Shown one piece after another: positions 29,001-36,583 of a DNA stretch of 64,000 nucleotides. Made by a program: the position numbers and the translations under genes. Under the pieces are notes generated by a model. The model saw only the letters and a list, made by a program, of their open reading frames with translations, was not told the DNA's origin and ran no database searches. This DNA comes from Candidatus Latescibacterota bacterium (GTDB taxonomy: Bacteria > Latescibacterota > UBA2968 > GCA-2709665): positions 768,001 to 832,000 of the forward strand of contig OZ250150.1 in assembly GCA_965237675.1 (NCBI GenBank), written 5' to 3'. How positions within the stretch are numbered: position 1 is the first letter of the stretch; each line of letters starts with the position of its first letter.

Positions 29001-29809
29001 CATCCCGGCATGACGTACTGCAGCGCGAAGTCCGCGTCGAAACCCCACACGCTGCCATAGTTGTCCGGATCGGACCTGACATGGTCGTACATCCGGTAGA
29101 CCAGTCGCTTATAAATCTCCGCGTAGACGTTGTTTCCGGTGAGCCCGTAGTGCAGGCCGCGCTGGCCGATCCGGCCCCACAGCCCGGTATGACATCCCCG
29201 CTTGAGGTCATCGTCGGCTTCCGCCATCTCGGCGTCGGGATCCGGTTCGACGCGGATACCGGCAACATCCCGGGCATCCGCACCGCATCGAAGATCGAAT
29301 ACGGGACCCAGGGTGAGGGTAGACCCCGCCTTGAGGCGATCCAGCAGGATTCCTGTAGCGGTTTCGACACCGGACAGGTCGCTGCCGAAGACACCCACGG
29401 CATTCCTGCCGTTGCCCCAGGGATCATGAATTGTATGAAGAAGATGGCCGCCTTTACCGGGGTAGTGGTCGTCCGCCGGGGTGTAGCTGTAGCCGTAGAG
29501 CCGGAAGACCGCCCGGTTGGTGTTCACGTTGCCAAGCAGGATGAGGTTTCTTCGCGGAGTCTTTGAGACGGCGGCATGGTCCAGTATGGGAAGTTCGGCG
29601 CCGGAAAGGTCGTGGATTTTTGTCTGGACTGACTCGGCAAGGGCGGCGTACCGTTCATCCGACGGACGCACGATGGCGGCCATGGGTCGCCCGTCTTCCA
29701 CCAGGCTGGTGTCCGGGTACCGCGGCTTGGGCTTTTTGAGGCTTTTGAGAGATGGGTTCCGAGGTGGCATGCCGGGCTCCTGAGAGAGAGTCGAATCGTG
29801 GGTCTGCAC
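26084..29809 (-). CDS. Heparinase II/III-like protein fused to C-terminal FG-GAP/VCBS repeats; start may be 29770
   Basis: HNHATY, GGHKHYDGN, FHNGV; about seven DLDGDG(K/R)DEIV-type repeats in the last ~350 aa. Confidence 0.85.
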   Translation of the reverse strand: MQTHDSTLSQEPGMPPRNPSLKSLKKPKPRYPDTSLVEDGRPMAAIVRPSDERYAALAESVQTKIHDLSGAELPILDHAAVSKTPRRNLILLGNVNTNRAVFRLYGYSYTPADDHYPGKGGHLLHTIHDPWGNGRNAVGVFGSDLSGVETATGILLDRLKAGSTLTLGPVFDLRCGADARDVAGIRVEPDPDAEMAEADDDLKRGCHTGLWGRIGQRGLHYGLTGNNVYAEIYKRLVYRMYDHVRSDPDNYGSVWGFDADFALQYVMPGWDLVEESPVISDEDRLRITRILFEFITDCVSHVGNVDNEHVRHNHATYAALGLHYAGVYFKKYYKATQAYRWLAISEKCFRAQVNAFKPLEDCGHYQWRTHFHAMRYTLSSGDMTFFDTGNAQRAGDYAILTTDNLGCAVPNGDTASPFGTWTEVPYLRAMVCVTGDGRYQWMLDKKRAMAPKSHPYEHSRDVDPVEPTDMEGAQVYPVDPLYYESNSGSDHLPLNKTFDKVVFRDGFDPENQYLFLDGLSNGGHKHYDGNSICRLTQNNRIWLADCDYIKSLPKFHNGVLVLKNGQSAEIPPFAELERFSANVNTGFSQTTLRSYSGVDWRRNILWNRGAFFLVVDEMEALEEADYCFRAVWQTLGSVQCRNGGLAVEQSGKTFFIHGLPGPRLKLEDDPVTGKNWADYTHAEPVVRVLQQIVDVHLKKGEPYRYFNLLYCNPQKLRMTRIAENAVRIDGGSETLFAGVGTSGRALALPSGPTVAAAQFQISPCTIAIVDGTEVAWEDTTFKSDHPVSLEYDLSVARGTLVTSVPTTITLSAGSGAEVEVDGKPIAADGSNGAVTFRAPGGRHRIALNSPVLARLRRAAAKKSGPHFAPRFRTSRRRGRIPDLPALWSRREDSALLSVRASDLDGDGKDEIVAGGRTHSIHAYKDGSSLWHYPTGGVVRSVWTADLENDGRPEIIAGSEDTRVYVLDARGKLKWDVKIPFYFQDPVVRSVFTGDINGDGNLEVIAAVESWRYHAFTHEGEELWRQMTVRPSSTGCAADLDGDGRDEVIAGTDYHRWHCIDGTGEIRWSYHPSTGPRANCAAAADVDGDGLKEVAFAGADTHIHLLNADGALISQFNTGDEVTRVLMADMDGDGLDEIVASSMSFNVYVVKGDGKTLHWRADLGEVVRCIAAADFNGDGKLEVAAGVEDGTVRLLANADGRQVGRFQAGGPILDIVPADVDGDGIPEIVVCSEDGGLHVLKA

Positions 29810-29878
29810 CCGTTAATGGAGTTCGGTCTACGTATCGGCCGGGACACCGTGCCGCCTCCGAAACGGGTAAGATCTTCC

Positions 29879-30661
29879 CTACTGTTTACCGATGAGTTTC
29901 TTCAGGTAGGCGATTTCATGTTCGGCGGTCTCGTAGGGCGGATGATGGCTGCCGTGTTCGATCGAAATATAGCCGTCGAAGCCCTTGGATTGGAGTCGAC
30001 GCAGGAATGCGGCGAAGTCCACGTCGCCGGAGTCCAGAAACGTGAGCCGCGGCCAGTTTCCCAACCAGTTGTGGGCGTGTAGATGGACAACGTGTTCACC
30101 GAGTTGCTCGGCGGTATGAAAGACGGATTCGCCGACGAGCGGGGTCTGGAGGTTGACGACGAGGTTGTCCATACCCACGTCATCGAGTAGTTTCAGAGTA
30201 CTCGGACTGGTGTCCGTTAGGTTGGGGCCGTGGTGGATGATCTGGTGGGTTTCCAATGGGAAGACGATATCGTGGACGGCGCCCATTTCACAGATTTTCT
30301 GCAAGCCCCTGACACAGGCGTCCCATTGCCGGGCTGCGGCGTCCGCACTCCCCACGTTGCCGGTGTAGGTGCGTATAAACGGACAGTTCAGTTCGACCGC
30401 ATAGCCGATGAAGGTTTCAGCATCCCGGATACTCTGGTCCCACGTCGCCCGGCTGGTGGTGAAGTCGAAGTAGGGGCAGATTTGCACGATCTGAAGGTTG
30501 TGTTCGGCCGCGGTTGAACGGACCCACCCCAGATCCGCGTGGCAGAGGTACTGTTGCCACAGTTCGATGCCGTCATAGCCCAGTCCGGCAAGGTAGGGGA
30601 TGGCTTTTTCCTGGTCGGCCTGCGTATTGCCGAAGGCGTTGGTGCAGAAAGCGGATTTCAT
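29879..30661 (-). CDS. Sugar phosphate isomerase/epimerase (AP endonuclease 2 TIM barrel)
   Basis: GYDGIEL, LETH, HLHAHN, GFDGYISIEH. Confidence 0.9.
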   Translation of the reverse strand: MKSAFCTNAFGNTQADQEKAIPYLAGLGYDGIELWQQYLCHADLGWVRSTAAEHNLQIVQICPYFDFTTSRATWDQSIRDAETFIGYAVELNCPFIRTYTGNVGSADAAARQWDACVRGLQKICEMGAVHDIVFPLETHQIIHHGPNLTDTSPSTLKLLDDVGMDNLVVNLQTPLVGESVFHTAEQLGEHVVHLHAHNWLGNWPRLTFLDSGDVDFAAFLRRLQSKGFDGYISIEHGSHHPPYETAEHEIAYLKKLIGKQ

Positions 30662-30808
30662 CGGATCGAAAGGGCCGAAAATGCAGCCGCAGAGGTGTCT
30701 TGTTGGGTAATATCATACCATGGGTTCAGCAGGTCCGTAAAATAGAAGGAACCCTGGCAAAGTCAAACGCTAATTGGATGGAGTTCACCCGCCATATGGG
30801 AGGAGTTT

Positions 30809-32392
30809 ATGTCCGGACCCTTTGACTACGGGATCATCTACAACTGGGACGGGGCGCCACACGGCTATTCCGAAGTGCCGCAGTCGATGGACGCGTTCCT
30901 GGAGAAAACCTACGCACCCCTCGAGGAGACGCAGGTGGGGGCGTTGTTCTGGTGCATCGGCGAGCACGCTGCCCGTTGGCCGGACTCCGAGCTGGAACTC
31001 CTGGGAGACGTCCATGGGCGAAGGTACGAAAACGCCTCGGCCTATACCCACACTGAAAACATCCGCCGGATGCTCGAGCGGGGGGAGGATCCGCAGGCCT
31101 CGCTGATCGAACGCGGCCACGCCCTGGGCATGGATGTCTACGCATCCGTGCGCATGAACGATAATCACTTCGACGGGGCGCAGGTGGAAGACCTGCCCAC
31201 GCTCCACCACTCGGAGTTGACGCGGATGCGCCGGGAACACCCGGAGTGGGTGCTCGGCGATCGGACGTCGGAGTGGTTCGCGCTTTCGTGGAATATGGCT
31301 GTCCCGGAAGTCCGCGAGCACCGGTATACCCATATCGAGGAGATCGTTACGCGGTACGACTGGGACGGCGTGGAACTGGACTGGCAGCGCCATGCGTTTC
31401 ACCTTCCCGAGGACGAGGCCTACCGACTGCGGTACGTGCTTACTGATCTCCAGCGACGGGTCCGGCAACTCACAGACGACCTGGCGAAGCGGCGAGGCAG
31501 GCCGTACTATCTGGCGGCGCGCGTGGCCGGTTCACAGGAGATGTGCCGCCGCATCGGCTACGATATTCCGGTGTGGATCGAGGAGGGGCTGGTGGACATC
31601 CTGATTCTGGGAGGCGGCGCGGTAACCGACGCGTCTCCGGAGGTGGCCGAGTTTGTCGGTATGTGCCGGGACAGGGGGATCGCAGTCTATCCTGGATTTG
31701 ACAGCGGGTTGCCCGACCCGTTTGTGGGCCCCGAAACGCTTGACGCCAAGGATCGAATGCGCACGCGTGCTATAGCCGCCCGCTACCATCGCGCCGGCGC
31801 CAACGGCATCTATGTGTTCAACTGGCATGCCAACCGGGACTCCAGGCGGGAGTTGCTTTCGCAGATCGGCTCAGTCGAGACGCTTCGCCGCACCGACAAG
31901 ATCTACGCGGCCACACACAGGTTCATCCAGGAAAAGGGACCCTGGCGCGGCGCCTATCGCATCGACCGGATCCTGGGCGAGGTGCCGGTGGCCCTCAAGG
32001 AAACCATGACGGGCGAGATGCCGGCCATCACCCTGGACATTGCCGAGGACGTCGAAAAAGATAGTCCGGCGCACCTGGAACTCCGTGTCCGCCTCGACCA
32101 GTGGGTGGTCGGCGATCAGGTTCGGGTATTCTGGGACGGGCGAGAACAAAGAGACCCTGAAATCCGCTACTGCGTAATGGACAACACCAATCCTCCGGGC
32201 GGCGCCTTCCAGCCTCCGCCGGGCATTCGCCGCATTTCCGACGTGAGCCGAGCGGCATGGCTTTGCTTCCCGCTTCGCCCCTCGGAAATCGCCCAGGGGA
32301 AGCATGCCGTCAGGGTGGGACTGATTGAACGCCATCCGCAATTGGCGTGCGATCTTGTCCTGACGGACGTGGAAGTGGTCGTTCGATACTGA
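30809..32392 (+). CDS. GHL10/DUF187-like TIM-barrel glycoside hydrolase family protein
   Basis: YNWDG, ASVRMNDNH, YDWDGVELDWQR, GIYVFNW; C-terminal beta-sandwich. Confidence 0.75.
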   Translation: MSGPFDYGIIYNWDGAPHGYSEVPQSMDAFLEKTYAPLEETQVGALFWCIGEHAARWPDSELELLGDVHGRRYENASAYTHTENIRRMLERGEDPQASLIERGHALGMDVYASVRMNDNHFDGAQVEDLPTLHHSELTRMRREHPEWVLGDRTSEWFALSWNMAVPEVREHRYTHIEEIVTRYDWDGVELDWQRHAFHLPEDEAYRLRYVLTDLQRRVRQLTDDLAKRRGRPYYLAARVAGSQEMCRRIGYDIPVWIEEGLVDILILGGGAVTDASPEVAEFVGMCRDRGIAVYPGFDSGLPDPFVGPETLDAKDRMRTRAIAARYHRAGANGIYVFNWHANRDSRRELLSQIGSVETLRRTDKIYAATHRFIQEKGPWRGAYRIDRILGEVPVALKETMTGEMPAITLDIAEDVEKDSPAHLELRVRLDQWVVGDQVRVFWDGREQRDPEIRYCVMDNTNPPGGAFQPPPGIRRISDVSRAAWLCFPLRPSEIAQGKHAVRVGLIERHPQLACDLVLTDVEVVVRY

Positions 32393-32533
32393 CACAAACG
32401 TCCCACGCCATTCAAATTCCGTGATGGAGCAGGCAGCTTTAGGTCTCCCACATCGGGAGAACGAGACGCTTCAAAAAGCCGCCGAACACGGACAGGCGGG
32501 ACAAACGGCAAATTCGGAAAGAAGGGAGATGCT

Positions 32534-33118
32534 ATGGCTGTTACCGATACACTGCGCGAGAAAGTTCGCGCCGAGTTACCGGAGGCCGGGGAAATCGTCG
32601 ATGCTGCGCTGAGGGAGAAGGTCATCGAGGCGTGGGCGGCGGCGCTGGCGGCCAGCAGCTTCGGATCGATTGCCGAGATCCGGCCATCCGGAAATCCCGA
32701 TACACCGCCCCTGAAAAAGGGGACGCAGACCGACCACATCCGCGGGGTGACCCGCCTGGCGATGCGGATGGCCGACGAACTCGCAGCGATGTTTCCGGAT
32801 CTGGGAATCAACAGGGACATCCTCATTGCCGGCGCGATCTGCCACGACGTCGGCAAGCCCTGGGAGTTCGATCCGGTAAATCAGGCGCGCTGGAAGCGCG
32901 CGCCGGGGGCAGCCGGGTGGCCATCCATACGCCATCCGGCCTACGGGGTACACGTGTGTCTGAGCGTGGGGCTGCCTGAGGAGGTTGCCCATATTGCAGG
33001 CGGGCATTCGGGGGAAGGAGAACTGGTGGTGCGGAGCCTCGAGAATACCGTCGTGAACGCGGCGGACTACGCCTTCTGGCGGGTGCTGCGGGCCGGGGGG
33101 CTGTTGGCGGAGGACTGA
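32534..33118 (+). CDS. HD-domain protein
   Basis: QTDH, ICHDVGK, RHPAYG, H...HS and AAD metal ligands. Confidence 0.85.
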   Translation: MAVTDTLREKVRAELPEAGEIVDAALREKVIEAWAAALAASSFGSIAEIRPSGNPDTPPLKKGTQTDHIRGVTRLAMRMADELAAMFPDLGINRDILIAGAICHDVGKPWEFDPVNQARWKRAPGAAGWPSIRHPAYGVHVCLSVGLPEEVAHIAGGHSGEGELVVRSLENTVVNAADYAFWRVLRAGGLLAED

Positions 33119-33220
33119 GAAACAAGCCGTTCTGGAACCGTGGCGGCGCGGAAATCTCAGAGAAAAAACAAGAGGAGCGCACAGCCTGAACGCTCCGGCC
33201 CGCGTCCGAGGGGTATTTGA

Positions 33221-34687
33221 TCAGTCCCCGGGGTTCGCTGGATACGTACCGTATTCGACGAAGATGTCCACGTCTTCGACCACGATCCCACCTTCGAAGC
33301 CGGGAGGCCTTTCCTGCAGGGATATTTCAAGCAAATTGTGGCCCTTCCGGGGACGGGCCTTTTCCAGGTCGAACTCCAGCAGTTGCCCCGCGTACGGATC
33401 CCGGGATCGGATCGGGGCGCGGCGACAGGACCCGGTGTCCAGCCGGGTGTCATTCAGGCGGATCTCGAGTCTGTCGGCCGAGACGAGATTGTTTATGCCG
33501 ATCCGGAGGCGGATGCTCCGTATGCGGTCATTTTCAGGGTCGTCGGCGATGGAGAAAGGGATCTGACGGAATTTTTCCGGGTCCGGTGAGGGGATCTCGA
33601 GGGGCAGCGAGGCGCCGTAGTCAAATTCGGATGCAGCGTCACAGCGGCGGCGAAGGAAGTAGTGTTTATCGGCTTCATGTACGAGGCTGGAATCGCCCAG
33701 TTGAGCGAGGAGACTTCGCCCGGATTCACCCAGAGGCCAGGGAAGAAACCAGGTGTAGAGGCCGTCGACGTCGAGTTCCCGGAAATTCGCGGCGGCCGCC
33801 CGCATCATGGCGGCGGTGGCGTTGTCAGCCGGCTGGAATCGCCGGCTTTCGTCGCTGCTGTAGGGTTGAAGCATGCCGTAGACCGAAACGTCGTATTCGT
33901 GCGCGGCCTGCACGAGCCAGCCGATGGGCATATTCGCGTCCAGGACGAAGTCAATGTAGAGCATGGGAACGACGAAGTCGACCAGGCCTTCCCGGAGCCA
34001 GGTCTGCACGTCCAGTCCGGTCTTCAGGTTCAGTTCTTCGGTGGGGTAGACCCGGGCGCCGATCTGGGCGGGAACCCCCGGACGGCCGCGGACGATCTCA
34101 GCGGCATCCCGGACGAAGTCGGTCATAACCGGTGTGTATTCGGACACGTCCTCGGGCCCGAGCCAGAAGGGACTACCCCCGGGAGCGGCGGCGAAGTCCA
34201 GTTCCACGCCTTCGACGGGGTACCGTGTGGCGAGTTCTTTCAGTACGGCCCACTGATGGTCGCGCACTTCGGTGTGGAAAAAACCCCGCCCTCCGGTGTC
34301 GAGCGCGTGCTCCTGGGCCATGCCTCCGTAGCCGCCCATGCGCAGGCTTGCAATGAAGTCCATGCCTTTTTCGTGGGCGCGGTCGACAAGGACGGCGAGA
34401 GGGTCGAGGCCGCGGGCGATAAGGCTGTGCATGTTCTCCCAGGCGCGCCATTCGTGGGCGTGTTGAAAGGGACGCCGATCTTCACCGAACACGAGGCCGA
34501 TCCCGGAGGGGTAAAAGAGCCCATCGGAACGGGAAACACCGTAGACGAAGGTGTCAACCGCGGTGCCGGCGACTTCATCTACGGGCGCCCAGGCGTCTTC
34601 CAGCCGCATCGGCGGTTCGAAGACAAATAGGTAGTAGTGGCGTGCGTCGTTGAAGTAGATGGTGCGGCGCTTTCTCATCACTGACAC
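33221..34687 (-). CDS. GHL10/DUF187-like TIM-barrel protein (paralogue)
   Basis: YFNDARH, ASLRM, YPVEGVELDF, DGLY; C-terminal beta-sandwich. Confidence 0.75.
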   Translation of the reverse strand: MSVMRKRRTIYFNDARHYYLFVFEPPMRLEDAWAPVDEVAGTAVDTFVYGVSRSDGLFYPSGIGLVFGEDRRPFQHAHEWRAWENMHSLIARGLDPLAVLVDRAHEKGMDFIASLRMGGYGGMAQEHALDTGGRGFFHTEVRDHQWAVLKELATRYPVEGVELDFAAAPGGSPFWLGPEDVSEYTPVMTDFVRDAAEIVRGRPGVPAQIGARVYPTEELNLKTGLDVQTWLREGLVDFVVPMLYIDFVLDANMPIGWLVQAAHEYDVSVYGMLQPYSSDESRRFQPADNATAAMMRAAAANFRELDVDGLYTWFLPWPLGESGRSLLAQLGDSSLVHEADKHYFLRRRCDAASEFDYGASLPLEIPSPDPEKFRQIPFSIADDPENDRIRSIRLRIGINNLVSADRLEIRLNDTRLDTGSCRRAPIRSRDPYAGQLLEFDLEKARPRKGHNLLEISLQERPPGFEGGIVVEDVDIFVEYGTYPANPGD

Positions 34688-34744
34688 TTCCTGTCAAGTC
34701 CGGTCGTGCTTCACCGGATGAAAAAGGGCTGTGATCCGCTGCAA

Positions 34745-36328
34745 TTACTCCCCCGAAGGCTCGGACGGGCCCAAATCCGGATCATCGATCCGGTGGAAGT
34801 TCCTGCCCATGAGGTACTTGATCTCAAGTTCCACGTCGCGAAGATAGATTTGTGCCGTAACGTCCGGGTCCCGTTCGAGCAGGAAAACCTCAAGCGTGTT
34901 GGTCCCTTCTATGGGCCAGCGGGCGCGGTCCGGCCGGAAGACGAACCAGTAGCCGGAGTCGGTCCGGTAGCGGGGGGCGCTCATCCGGTACATCTCGTTG
35001 ATTCTGCGTAGTTGTCCGTCCGGAAGGTCTTTGCCGTTGAGGCGGAAGCGGAACCGGTCGCGTTCCGTGGTGTTCATGATCCTTACGCGCAGAACCACGT
35101 CGTACACCCGTCCGGTTTCGTGCCAGCGGGGAAGGTCGTCGCTGATCCTGAATGCGACGCGGGTCGGTTCTTCCACGGCCAGAGCGGCGGGCAGGTGCAT
35201 GGCAACGCCGGGTTCGGTGACGGGTCTGGGGTACCGGCCGGTCTCGGTTGGAACATAGTAGTGCTTGTCCCTCGGGGCCATAACGTCCGGGTGCGGAAGT
35301 TCCCGCAGCTTCTCGTAGAAAGATGCCAGGTAGGGCCAGTTGCCGAACCAGTGGGCCAGGTAGAGGCCGTCGACACCCTGGGTCCAGAAGTTGCACGCTG
35401 CCGCCCGGATCATTTCGATGGTCGCTTCGGCCAGTCGGTCGGAATCCACGTGGCTGTGCAGAGCGGCATGGACCCTGCAGCCGGTGCCTTTGGCCGCGTC
35501 GACGAGTGGGGCGAAGTCGACGGTCGAGTCGAGAAGCTCCGGGGTGGAGAACGTCTGTCCGATGAGTACGTCCACGATTCCCCGCCGAAGCCATTCCCGC
35601 ACGTCCATACCCACCTGCAGACAACCCTCGACACTGGCCGGAATGCGGATGGCGAGTTCACGTCCGCGGCCGCTATTCTTCACGGCATGGTGGACCCGAC
35701 CGATCCATTCGGTCATAATTTCACATCCTTCTTCGACCGCATCGGGGTGGAAATAATACGGCGTGTAGTTGAGTTGCAGTTCGAACCCGTCGACGGGGTA
35801 GACGCTCAGGGTTTCCTCTATGACCGCGTACCGTTCGTCCCGCACTTCCGGGTGCACGAAGTCGAGGCAGTTCACGCCGGGAAAATCAGGTTCGAGGTCT
35901 CCACGGGCGCCGATTTCCAGGTGGGCGTTTTCAAATCGGAAGTCGGAGCACCGGACATCCTCTTCGGGATCCCCGCGCCCCTGCTGGACCAGAAGGGTAG
36001 GGTAGACGAGCATGCCTTTGTCGTGGGCCCGGTCGCAGATAAGGCGCAGAGGATCGTGGCCTTCCCGGATGAGACGCATGGCGTTCCGGCTCGCCCTGTC
36101 GAAGATGAGGTGGGACCATTTCTTCACGTTGTGGCCCCAGACTTCGCCGACTTTCGTGTCGTGGAGGAAAGTGCGGCCGTCACCCAGACAGAACATGATT
36201 GCGTCCACGGGAGTGCCCGCCAGCTCGTCCACGCCGGCTTCGAATTCCTCCTTCTGAATGGGCGGCTCATACATATAGATGAGAGGGTGGCGGCCGTCGT
36301 GGTAAAACATCATGCGTGGCTGTGGCAT
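34745..36328 (-). CDS. GHL10/DUF187-like TIM-barrel protein (paralogue)
   Basis: YHDGRH, LDFVHPEVR, YPVDGFELQL, GVDGLY; GAGGA RBS before MPQPR. Confidence 0.75.
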   Translation of the reverse strand: MPQPRMMFYHDGRHPLIYMYEPPIQKEEFEAGVDELAGTPVDAIMFCLGDGRTFLHDTKVGEVWGHNVKKWSHLIFDRASRNAMRLIREGHDPLRLICDRAHDKGMLVYPTLLVQQGRGDPEEDVRCSDFRFENAHLEIGARGDLEPDFPGVNCLDFVHPEVRDERYAVIEETLSVYPVDGFELQLNYTPYYFHPDAVEEGCEIMTEWIGRVHHAVKNSGRGRELAIRIPASVEGCLQVGMDVREWLRRGIVDVLIGQTFSTPELLDSTVDFAPLVDAAKGTGCRVHAALHSHVDSDRLAEATIEMIRAAACNFWTQGVDGLYLAHWFGNWPYLASFYEKLRELPHPDVMAPRDKHYYVPTETGRYPRPVTEPGVAMHLPAALAVEEPTRVAFRISDDLPRWHETGRVYDVVLRVRIMNTTERDRFRFRLNGKDLPDGQLRRINEMYRMSAPRYRTDSGYWFVFRPDRARWPIEGTNTLEVFLLERDPDVTAQIYLRDVELEIKYLMGRNFHRIDDPDLGPSEPSGE

Positions 36329-36404
36329 CTTGCGTTCCTCACTTGCCGTAACTGGACGGGTCCCGGCGCACGTCGGGAAGCACGGGCAGGAACGGGGTCG
36401 GCTC

Positions 36405-36567
36405 GTGTTCTGTCCCTGAAATAGATTGCCTGAATTCGGCCGCCGAGTCGCCCGGCTCGCAAGGCGCCTGAGCGAGTCGACCTGCACAAGGTCGGCGAAC
36501 GAGGGGAACGCAGCGAGACAGGATGAACCGGCGGATGAATGGTGACATATTTCAGGGACGGGACACC
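36405..36567. mobile_element. MITE family A copy 2 (about 163 bp)
   Basis: Ends GTGTTCTGTCCCTGAAATAG and CATATTTCAGGGACGGGACAC; highly similar over its length to 46415-46577. Confidence 0.85.
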
Positions 36568-36583
36568 AGGGTCCTGTCCCGCA

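Noticed and set aside
27722-29566. Long antisense ORFs (e.g. 614 aa here, 470 aa at 35012-36424, 434 aa at 57796-59100, 430 aa at 12770-14062)
   Set aside because: Shadow frames of GC-rich genes on the opposite strand, with no recognisable motifs.
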